Below are positions 11,001-23,000 of a stretch of DNA of 64,000 nt, in pieces. Made by a program: the position numbers and the translations under genes. Numbering within the stretch: the first letter of the stretch is position 1; each line of letters opens with the position of its first letter. This DNA comes from the human T2T-CHM13v2.0 reference genome, Homo sapiens, in assembly GCF_009914755.1 (NCBI RefSeq), contig NC_060947.1; one strand, given 5' to 3'. The notes beneath the pieces are model-generated. The model saw nothing but the letters and a program-made list of their open reading frames with translations. It made no database searches and was not told where the DNA came from.

Positions 11001-14000
11001 ATAGGATTGTTCAACTCCATGAGTTGAATGCCATCCTCACAAAGTAGTTTCTGAGAATGCTTCTATCTGGTTTTTGTGTGAAGATATTTCCTTTTCCACC
11101 ACAGGCCTCAAAGCCCTCCAAACGTCCACTTGCAGATTCTAGAAAAAGAGTGTTTCATAGCTGCTCTTTCAAAAGGAAAGTTCAACTCTGGGAGTTGAAT
11201 ACAAACATCACAAAATAGTTTCCGAGAATGCTTCTGTTTAGTTTTTATGTGAAGATGATCCCGTTTCCAGTGAAATCTTCAAAGAGGTCCACATATCCTC
11301 TTGCAGATTCCAAAGAAAGAGGGTTTCAAAACTGCTCCATCAAAAGGATTGTTCAACTCTGTGAGTTGAATGCAGTCATCGCAGAAAACTTTCTGAGAAT
11401 GCTTCTGTCTAGGTTTGATGTGAAGATATAGATGTTTCAAACGAAGGCTACAAAGTGGTCAAAATATACACTTGCAGATTCTACTACAAGGGTGTTGCAA
11501 ACCTGAACTATCAAAGGAAGGTTCAACTCTGTGAGTTGAATACAAACATCACAAAGAATGTTCTGAGTTTGCTTCCGTTCAGTTATGGGAAGTTGATCCC
11601 GTTTCCAACGAAATCCTCAGAGAGGTCCAAATATCCCCTTGCAGATTCTACAAAACGTGTGTTTGGAAACTGCTCCATCATAACGAATGTTCAGCTCCCT
11701 GAGTTAAACTCCATCGTCACAAAGAATTTTCTGAGAGTGCTACCGTCTGGTTTTTATATGAAGTTCTTTCCTTCACTACCACAGGCCTCAAAGCGGTCCA
11801 AATCTCCACTTGCAGATTCTACAAAAAGAGTGTTTGCAAACTGCTCTATCAAAAGGAATGTTCAACTCTGGGAGTTGAATGCAATCATCACAGAGCAGTT
11901 TCTGAGAATGCTTCTATGTCGTTTTTAGGAGAAGATATTTCCTTTTCCAACACAGTCCTCCAAGCCCGCTAAATAGCCACTTGCACATTGTAGAAAAAGT
12001 GTGTCAAAGCTGCGCTATCAAAGGGAAAGTTCAACTCTGTGAGGTGAATGCAAACATCCCAAAGAAGTTTCTGAGAATGCTTCCGTTTAGCTTTTAGGTG
12101 AAGATTATCCCGTTTCCAACGAAACCTTCAAAGAGGTCCAAATATCCCCTTGCGGATCCCACAGAAAGAGTGTTTCGAAACTGCTGTTTCAAAAGGAATC
12201 TTCAACTCTGTGAGTTGAATGCAATCATCACAAAGAAGTTTCTGACAATGCTTCTCTCTCGTCTTTCTGTGAAGATAAAGGAAAAGGCTTTCAGGCCTTT
12301 TCCACCACAGGCCTGAAAGCGCTCCAAATGTCCACTTGCAGATTCTGCGAAAAGAATATTTCAAAACTGCTCTATGAAAAGCAATGTTAAACTCTGTGGC
12401 TCGAACACAAACATCACAAAGCGGTTTCTGAGAATGTTTCAGTTTAGTTTTTCTGTGGAAATATTCCCGTTTCCAAAGAAATCTTCAAAGAGGTCCACGT
12501 ATCCACTTACAGATTCTACAAAAAGACAGTTTCAAAACTGCTCCATCAAAAGGAGGGTTCAACTGTGTGACTTGAATGCAATCATCACTCAGAAGTTTCT
12601 GAGAATGCTTCTCTTTAGTTTTTACGTGAACATATACCCGTTTCGAACGAAGGCCACCCAGTGGTCCAAATATCCACTTGCAGATTCTACAGAAAGAGTG
12701 TTTCGAACCTGAACTCTCAAAGGCAGGTTCATCTCTGCGAGTTAAATGCATTCATCATGAAGAACTTTCTCAGAGTGTTTGTGTTTAGTTATGGGAAATT
12801 ATTCCCGTTTCCAACGAAATCCTCAGAGAGCTCCAAATATCCACCTGCAGATTCTACCAAAAGTGTATTTGGAAACTGCTCCATCAAAAGGCATGTTCAG
12901 CTCTGTGAGTGAAACTCCATCATCACAAAGAATATTCTGAGAATGCTTCCGTTTGCCTTTTATCTGAAGTTCCTTCCTATACGACCGTAGGCCTCAAAGC
13001 AGTCCAAATCTCCATTTGCAGATTCTACAAAAAGAGTGATTCCAATCTGCTCTATCAATAGGATTGTTCAACTCCATGAGTTGAATGCCATCCTCACAAA
13101 GTCGTTTCTGAGAATGCTTCTATCTAGTTTTTATGTGAAGATATTTCCTTTTCCACCACAGGCCTCAAAGCCCTCCAAACGTCCACTTGCAGATTCTCGA
13201 AAAGGAGTGTTTCATAGCTGCTCTTTCAAAAGGAAAGTTCAACTCTGGGAGTTGAATACAAACATCACAAAGTAGTTTCCGAGAATGCTTCTGTTTAGTT
13301 TTTATGTGAAGATGATCCCGTTTCCAGTGAAATCTTCAAAGAGGTCCACATATCCCCTTGCAGATTCCAAAGAAAGAGGGTTTCAAAACTGCTCCATCAG
13401 AAGGATTGTTCAACTCTGTGAGTTGAATGCAGTCATCGCAGAAAACTTTCTGAGAATGCTTCTGTCTAGGTTTGATGTGAAGATATAGACGTTTCAAACG
13501 AAGGCTACAAAGTGGTCAAAATATACACTTGCAGATTCTACTACAAGGGTGTTGCAAACCTGAACTATCAAAGGAAGGTTCAACTCTGTGAGTTGAATAC
13601 AAACATCACAAAGAATGTTCTGAGTTTGCTTCCGTTCAGTTATGGGAAGTTGATCCCGTTTCCAACGAAATCCTCAGAGAGGTCCAAATATCCCCTCGCA
13701 GATTCTACAAAACGTGTGTTTGGAAACTGCTCCATCATAACGAATGTTCAGCTCCCTGAGTTAAACTCCATCGTCACAAAGAATTTTCTGAGAGTGCTAC
13801 CGTCTGGTTTTTATATGAAGTTCTTTCCTTCACTACCACAGGCCTCAAAGCGGTCCAAATCTCCACTTGCAGATTCTACAAAAAGAGTGTTTGCAAACTG
13901 CTCTATCAAAAGGAATGTTCAACTCTGGGAGTTGAATGCAATCATCACAGAGCAGTTTCTGAGAATGCTTCTATGTCGTTTTTAGGAGAAGATATTTCCT

Positions 14001-17000
14001 TTTCCAACACAGTCCTCCAAGCCCGCTAAATAGCCACTTGCACATTGTAGAAAAAGTGTGTCAAAGCTGCGCTATCAAAGGGAAAGTTCAACTCTGTGAG
14101 GTGAATGCAAACATCCCAAAGAAGTTTCTGAGAATGCTTCCGTTTAGCTTTTAGGTGAAGATTATCCCGTTTCCAACGAAACCTTCAAAGAGGTCCAAAT
14201 ATCCCCTTGCGGATCCCACAGAAAGAGTGTTTCGAAACTGCTGTTTCAAAAGGAATCTTCAACTCTGTGAGTTGAATGCAATCATCAAAAAGAAGTTTCT
14301 GACAATGCTTCTCTCTCGTCTTTCTGTGAAGATAAAGGAAAAGGCTTTCAGGCCTTTGCCACCACAGGCCTGAAAGCGCTCCAAATGTCCACTTGCAGAT
14401 TCTGCGAAAAGAATATTTCAAAACTGCTCTATGAAAAGCAATGTTAAACTCTGTGGCTCGAACACAAACATCACAAAGCGGTTTCTGAGAATGTTTCAGT
14501 TTAGTTTTTCTGTGGAAATATTCCCGTTTCCAAAGAAATCTTCAAAGAGGTCCACGTATCCACTTACAGATTCTACAAAAAGACAGTTTCAAAACTGCTC
14601 CATCAAAAGGAGGGTTCAACCGTGTGACTTGAATGCAATCATCACTCAGAAGTTTCTGAGAATGCTTCTCTTTAGTTTTTACGTGAACATATACCCGTTT
14701 CGAACGAAGGCCACCCAGTGGTCCAAATATCCACTTGCAGATTATACAGAAAGAGTGTTTCGAACCTGAACTCTCAAAGGCAGGTTCATCTCTGCGAGTT
14801 AAATGCATTCATCATGAAGAACTTTCTCAGAGTGTTTGTGTTTAGTTATGGGAAATTATTCCCGTTTCCAACGAAATCCTCAGAGAGCTCCAAATATCCA
14901 CCTACAGATTCTACCAAAAGTGTATTTGGAAACTGCTCCATCAAAAGGCATGTTCAGCTCTGTGAGTGAAACTCCATCATCACAAAGAATATTCTGAGAA
15001 TGCTTCCGTTTGCGTTTTATATGAAGTTCCTTCCTGTACTACCGTAGGCCTCAAAGCAGTCCAAATCTCCATTTGCAGATTCTACAAAAAGAGTGATTCC
15101 AATCTGCTCTATCAATAGGATTGTTCAACTCCATGAGTTGAATGCCATCCTCACAAAGCAGTTTCTGAGAATGCTTCTATCTGGTTTTTGTGTGAAGATA
15201 TTTCCTTTTCCACCACAGGCCTCAAAGCCCTCCAAACGTCCACTTGCAGATTCTCGAAAAAGAGTGTTTCATAGCTGCTCTTTCAAAAGGAAAGTTCAAC
15301 TCTGGGAGTTGAATACAAACATCACAAAATAGTTTCCGAGAATGCTTCTGTTTAGTTTTTATGTGAAGATGATCCCGTTTCCAGTGAAATCTTCAAAGAG
15401 GTCCACATATCCCCTTGCAGATTCCAAAGAAAGAGGGTTTCAAAACTGCTCCATCAGAAGGATTGTTCAACTCTGTGAGTTGAATGCAGTCATCGCAGAA
15501 AACTTTCTGAGAATGCTTCTGTCTAGGTTTGATGTGAAGATATAGACGTTTCAAACGAAGGCTACAAAGTGGTCAAAATATACACTTGCAGATTCTACTA
15601 CAAGGGTGTTGCAAACCTGAACTATCAAAGGAAGGTTCAACTCTGTGAGTTGAATACAAACATCACAAAGAATGTTCTGAGTTTGCTTCCGTTCAGTTAT
15701 GGGAAGTTGATCCCGTTTCCAACGAAATCCTCAGAGAGGTCCAAATATCCCCTTGCAGATTCTACAAAACGTGTGTTTGGAAACTGCTCCATCATAACGA
15801 ATGTTCAGCTCCCTGAGTTAAACTCCATCGTCACAAAGATTTTTCTGAGAGTGTTACCGTCTGGTTTTTATATGAAGTTCTTTCCTTCACTACCACAGGC
15901 CTCAAAGCGGTCCAAATCTCCACTTGCAGATTCTACAAAAAGAGTGTTTGCAAACTGCTCTATCAAAAGGAATGTTCAACTCTGGGAGTTGAATGCAATC
16001 ATCACAGAGCAGTTTCTGAGAATGCTTCTATGTCGTTTTTAGGAGAAGATATTTCCTTTTCCAACACAGTCCTCCAAGCCCGCTAAATAGCCACTTGCAC
16101 ATTGTAGAAAAAGTGTGTCAAAGCTGCGCTATCAAAGGGAAAGTTCAACTCTGTCAGGTGAATGCAAACATCCCAAAGAAGTTTCTGAGAATGCTTCCGT
16201 TTAGCTTTTAGGTGAAGATTATCCCGTTTCCAACGAAACCTTCAAAGAGGTCCAAATATCCCCTTGCGGATCCCACAGAAAGAGTGTTTCGAAACTGCTG
16301 TTTCAAAAGGAATCTTCAACTCTGTGAGTTGAATGCAATCATCACAAAGAAGTTTCTGACAATGCTTCTCTCTCGTCTTTCTGTGAAGATAAAGGAAAAG
16401 GCTTTCAGGCCTTTGCCACCACAGGCCTGAAAGCGCTCCAAATGTCCACTTGCAGATTCTGCGAAAAGAATATTTCAAAACTGCTCTATGAAAAGCAATG
16501 TTAAACTCTGTGGCTCGAACACAAACATCACAAAGAGGTTTCTGAGAATGCTTCAGTTTAGTTTTTCTGTGGAAATATTCCCGTTTCCAAAGAAATCTTC
16601 AAAGAGGTCCACGTATCCACTTACAGATTCTACAAAAAGACAGTTTCAAAACTGCTCCATCAAAAGGAGGGTTCAACTGTGTGACTTGAATGCAATCATC
16701 ACTCAGAAGTTTCTGAGAATGCTTCTCTTTAGTTTTTACGTGAACATATACCCGTTTCGAACGAAGGCCACCCAGTGGTCCAAATATCCACTTGCAGATT
16801 ATACAGAAAGAGTGTTTCGAACCTGAACTCTCAAAGGCAGGTTCATCTCTGCGAGTTAAATGCATTCATCATGAAGAACTTTCTCAGAGTGTTTGTGTTT
16901 AGTTATGGGAAATTATTCCCGTTTCCAACGAAATCCTCAGAGAGCTCCAAATATCCACCTGCAGATTCTACCAAAAGTGTATTTGGAAACTGCTCCATCA

Positions 17001-20000
17001 AAAGGCATGTTCAGCTCTGTGAGTGAAACTCCATCATCACAAAGAATATTCTGAGAATGCTTCCGTTTGCCTTTTATATGAAGTTCCTTCCTGTACTACC
17101 GTAGGCCTCAAAGCAGTCCAAATCTCCATTTGCAGATTCTACAAAAAGAGTGATTCCAATCTGCTCTATCAATAGGATTGTTCAACTCCATGAGTTGAAT
17201 GCCATCCTCACAAAGTAGTTTCTGAGAATGCTTCTATCTAGTTTTTATATGAAGATATTTCCTTTTCCACCACAGGCCTCAAAGCCCTCCAAACGTCCAC
17301 TTGCAGATTCTCGAAAAAGAGTGTTTCATAGCTGCTCTTTCAAAAGGAAAGTTCAACTCTGGCAGTTGAATACAAACATCACAAAGTAGTTTCCGAGAAT
17401 GCTTCTGTTTAGTTTTTATGTGAAGATGATCCCGTTTCCAGTGAAATCTTCAAAGAGGTCCACATATCCCCTTGCAGATTCCAAAGAAAGAGGGTTTCAA
17501 AACTGCTCCATCAGAAGGATTGTTCAACTCTGTGAGTTGAATGCAGTCATCGCAGAAAACTTTCTGAGAATGCTTCTGTCTAGGTTTGATGTGAAGATAT
17601 AGACGTTTCAAACGAAGGCTACAAAGTGGTCAAAATATACACTTGCAGATTCTACTACAAGGGTGTTGCAAACCTGAACTATCAAAGGAAGGTTCAACTC
17701 TGTGAGTTGAATACAAACATCACAAAGAATGTTCTGAGTTTGCTTCCGTTCAGTTATGGGAAGTTGATCCCGTTTCCAACGAAATCCTCAGAGAGGTCCA
17801 AATATCCCCTCGCAGATTCTACAAAACGTGTGTTTGGAAACTGCTCCATCATAACGAATGTTCAGCTCCCTGAGTTAAACTCCATCGTCACAAAGAATTT
17901 TCTGAGAGTGCTACCGTCTGGTTTTTATATGAAGTTCTTTCCTTCACTACCACAGGCCTCAAAGCGGTCCAAATCTCCACTTGCAGATTCTACAAAAAGA
18001 GTGTTTGCAAACTGCTCTATCAAAAGGAATGTTCAACTCTGGGAGTTGAATGCAATCATCACAGAGCAGTTTCTGAGAATGCTTCTATGTCGTTTTTAGG
18101 AGAAGATATTTCCTTTTCCAACACAGTCCTCCAAGCCCGCTAAATAGCCACTTGCACATTGTAGAAAAAGTGTGTCAAAGCTGCGCTATCAAAGGGAAAG
18201 TTCAACTCTGTGAGGTGAATGCAAACATCCCAAAGAAGTTTCTGAGAATGCTTCCGTTTAGCTTTTAGGTGAAGATTATCCCGTTTCCAACGAAACCTTC
18301 AAAGAGGTCCAAATATCCCCTTGCGGATCCCACAGAAAGAGTGTTTCGAAACTGCTGTTTCAAAAGGAATCTTCAACTCTGTGAGTTGAATGCAATCATC
18401 ACAAAGAAGTTTCTGACAATGCTTCTCTCTCGTCTTTCTGTGAAGATAAAGGAAAAGGCTTTCAGGCCTTTGCCACCACAGGCCTGAAAGCGCTCCAAAT
18501 GTCCACTTGCAGATTCTGCGAAAAGAATATTTCAAAACTGCTCTATGAAAAGCAATGTTAAACTCTGTGGCTCGAACACAAACATCACAAAGCGGTTTCT
18601 GAGAATGCTTCAGTTTAGTTTTTCTGTGGAAATATTCCCGTTTCCAAAGAAATCTTCAAAGAGGTCCACGTATCCACTTACAGATTCTACAAAAAGACAG
18701 TTTCAAAACTGCTCCATCAAAAGGAGGGTTCAACCGTGTGACTTGAATGCAATCATCACTCAGAAGTTTCTGAGAATGCTTCTCTTTAGTTTTTACGTGA
18801 ACATATACCCGTTTCGAACGAAGGCCACCCAGTGGTCCAAATATCCACTTGCAGATTATACAGAAAGAGTGTTTCGAACCTGAACTCTCAAAGGCAGGTT
18901 CATCTCTGCGAGTTAAATGCATTCATCATGAAGAACTTTCTCAGAGTGTTTGTGTTTAGTTATGGGAAATTATTCCCGTTTCCAACGAAATCCTCAGAGA
19001 GCTCCAAATATCCACCTGCAGATTCTACCAAAAGTGTATTTGGAAACTGCTCCATCAAAAGGCATGTTCAGCTCTGTGAGTGAAACTCCATCATCACAAA
19101 GAATATTCTGAGAATGCTTCCGTTTGCCTTTTATATGAAGTTCCTTCCTGTACTACCGTAGGCCTCAAAGCAGTCCAAATCTCCATTTGCAGATTCTACA
19201 AAAAGAGTGATTCCAATCTGCTCTATCAATAGGATTGTTCAACTCCATGAGTTGAATGCCATCCTCACAAAGCAGTTTCTGAGAATGCTTCTATCTGGTT
19301 TTTGTGTGAAGATATTTCCTTTTCCACCACAGGCCTCAAAGCCCTCCAAACGTCCACTTGCAGATTCTCGAAAAAGAGTGTTTCATAGCTGCTCTTTCAA
19401 AAGGAAAGTTCAACTCTGGGAGTTGAATACAAACATCACAAAATAGTTTCCGAGAATGCTTCTGTTTAGTTTTTATGTGAAGATGATCCCGTTTCCAGTG
19501 AAATCTTCAAAGAGGTCCACATATCCCCTTGCAGATTCCAAAGAAAGAGGGTTTCAAAACTGCTCCATCAGAAGGATTGTTCAACTCTGTGAGTTGAATG
19601 CAGTCATCGCAGAAAACTTTCTGAGAATGCTTCTGTCTAGGTTTGATGTGAAGATATAGACGTTTCAAACGAAGGCTACAAAGTGGTCAAAATATACACT
19701 TGCAGATTCTACTACAAGGGTGTTGCAAACCTGAACTATCAAAGGAAGGTTCAACTCTGTGAGTTGAATACAAACATCACAAAGAATGTTCTGAGTTTGC
19801 TTCCGTTCAGTTATGGGAAGTTGATCCCGTTTCCAACGAAATCCTCAGAGAGGTCCAAATATCCCCTCACAGATTCTACAAAACGTGTGTTTGGAAATTG
19901 CTCCATCATAACGAATGTTCAGCTCCCTGAGTTAAACTCCATCGTCACAAAGAATTTTCTGAGAGTGCTACCGTCTGGTTTTTATATGAAGTTCTTTCCT

Positions 20001-23000
20001 TCACTACCACAGGCCTCAAAGCGGTCCAAATCTCCACTTGCAGATTCTACAAAAAGAGTGTTTGCAAACTGCTCTATCAAAAGGAATGTTCAACTCTGGG
20101 AGTTGAATGCAATCATCACAGAGCAGTTTCTGAGAATGCTTCTATGTCGTTTTTAGGAGAAGATATTTCCTTTTCCAACACAGTCCTCCAAGCCCGCTAA
20201 ATAGCCACTTGCACATTGTAGAAAAAGTGTGTCAAAGCTGCGCTATCAAAGGGAAAGTTCAACTCTGTGAGGTGAATGCAAACATCCCAAAGAAGTTTCT
20301 GAGAATGCTTCCGTTTAGCTTTTAGGTGAAGATTATCCCGTTTCCAACGAAACCTTCAAAGAGGTCCAAATATCCCCTTGCGGATCCCACAGAAAGAGTG
20401 TTTCGAAACTGCTGTTTCAAAAGGAATCTTCAACTCTGTGAGTTGAATGCAATCATCACAAAGAAGTTTCTGACAATGCTTCTCTCTCGTCTTTCTGTGA
20501 AGATAAAGGAAAAGGCTTTCAGGCCTTTTCCACCACAGGCCTGAAAGCGCTCCAAATGTCCACTTGCAGATTCTGCGAAAAGAATATTTCAAAACTGCTC
20601 TATGAAAAGCAATGTTAAACTCTGTGGCTGGAACACAAACATCACAAAGCGGTTTCTGAGAATGTTTCAGTTTAGTTTTTCTGTGGAAATATTCCCGTTT
20701 CCAAAGAAATCTTCAAAGAGGTCCACGTATCCACTTACAGATTCTACAAAAAGACAGTTTCAAAACTGCTCCATCAAAAGGAGGGTTCAACTGTGTGACT
20801 TGAATGCAATCATCACTCAGAAGTTTCTGAGAATGCTTCTCTTTAGTTTTTACGTGAACATATACCCGTTTCGAACGAAGGCCACCCAGTGGTCCAAATA
20901 TCCACTTGCAGATTCTACAGAAAGAGTGTTTCGAACCTGAACTCTCAAAGGCAGGTTCATCTCTGCAAGTTAAATGCATTCATCATGAAGAACTTTCTCA
21001 GAGTGTTTGTGTTTAGTTATGGGAAATTATTCCCGTTTCCAACGAAATCCTCAGAGAGCTCCAAATATCCACCTGCTGATTCTACCAAAAGTGTATTTGG
21101 AAACTGCTCCATCAAAAGGCATGTTCAGCTCTGTGAGTGAAACTCCATCATCACAAAGAATATTCTGAGAATGCTTCCGTTTGCCTTTTATATGAAGTTC
21201 CTTCCTATACGACCGTAGGCCTCAAAGCAGTCCAAATCTCCATTTGCAGATTCTACAAAAAGAGTGATTCCAATCTGCTCTATCAATAGGATTGTTCAAC
21301 TCCATGAGTTGAATGCCATCCTCACAAAGTAGTTTCTGAGAATGCTTCTATCTAGTTTTATGTGAAGATATTTCCTTTTCCACCACAGGCCTCAAAGCCC
21401 TCCAAACGTCCACTTGCAGATTCTCGAAAAAGAGTGTTTCATAGCTGCTCTTTCAAAAGGAAAGTTCAACTCTGGGAGTTGAATACAAACATCACAAAGT
21501 AGTTTCCGAGAATGCTTCTGTTTAGTTTTTATGTGAAGATGATCCCGTTTCCAGTGAAATCTTCAAAGAGGTCCACATATCCCCTTGCAGATTCCAAAGA
21601 AAGAGGGTTTCAAAACTGCTCCATCAGAAGGATTGTTCAACTCTGTGAGTTGAATGCAGTCATCGCAGAAAACTTTCTGAGAATGCTTCTGTCTAGGTTT
21701 GATGTGAAGATATAGACGTTTCAAATGAAGGCTACAAAGTGGTCAAAATATACACTTGCAGATTCTACTACAAGGGTGTTGCAAACCTGAACTATCAAAG
21801 GAAGGTTCAACTCTGTGAGTTGAATACAAACATCACAAAGAATGTTCTGAGTTTGCTTCCGTTCAGTTATGGGAAGTTGATCCCGTTTCCAACGAAATCC
21901 TCAGAGAGGTCCAAATATCCCCTTGCAGATTCTACAAAACGTGTGTTTGGAAACTGCTCCATCATAACGAATGTTCAGCTCCCTGAGTTAAACTCCATCG
22001 TCACAAAGAATTTTCTGAGAGTGCTACCGTCTGGTTTTTATATGAAGTTCTTTCCTTCACTACCACAGGCCTCAAAGCGGTCCAAATCTCCACTTCCAGA
22101 TTCTACAAAAAGAGTGTTTGCAAACTGCTCTATCAAAAGGAATGTTCAACTCTGGGAGTTGAATGCAATCATCACAGAGCAGTTTCTGAGAATGCTTCTA
22201 TGTCGTTTTTAGGAGAAGATATTTCCTTTTCCAACACAGTCCTCCAAGCCCGCTAAATAGCCACTTGCACATTGTAGAAAAAGTGTGTCAAAGCTGCGCT
22301 ATCAAAGGGAAAGTTCAACTCTGTGAAGTGAATGCAAACATCCCAAAGAAGTTTCTGAGAATGCTTCCGTTTAGCTTTTAGGTGAAGATTATCCCGTTTC
22401 CAACGAAACCTTCAAAGAGGTCCAAATATCCCCTTGCGGATCCCACAGAAAGAGTGTTTCGAAACTGCTGTTTCAAAAGGAATCTTCAACTCTGTGAGTT
22501 GAATGCAATCATCACAAAGAAGTTTCTGACAATGCTTCTCTCTCGTCTTTCTGTGAAGATAAAGGAAAAGGTTTTCAGGCCTTTTCCACCACAGGCCTGA
22601 AAGCGCTCCAAATGTCCACTTGCAGATTCTGCGAAAAGAATATTTCAAAACTGCTCTATGAAAAGCAATGTTAAACTCTGTGGCTCGAACACAAACATCA
22701 CAAAGCAGTTTCTGAAAATGCTTCAGTTTAGTTTTTCTGTGGAAATATTCCCGTTTCCAAAGAAATCTTCAAAGAGGTCCACGTATCCACTTACAGATTC
22801 TACAAAAAGACAGTTTCAAAACTGCTCCATCAAAAGGAGGGTTCAACTGTGTGACTTGAATGCAATCATCACTCAGAAGTTTCTGAGAATGCTTCTCTTT
22901 AGTTTTTACGTGAACATATACCCGTTTCGAACGAAGGCCACCCAGTGGTCCAAATATCCACTTGCAGATTATACAGAAAGAGTGTTTCGAACCTGAACTC

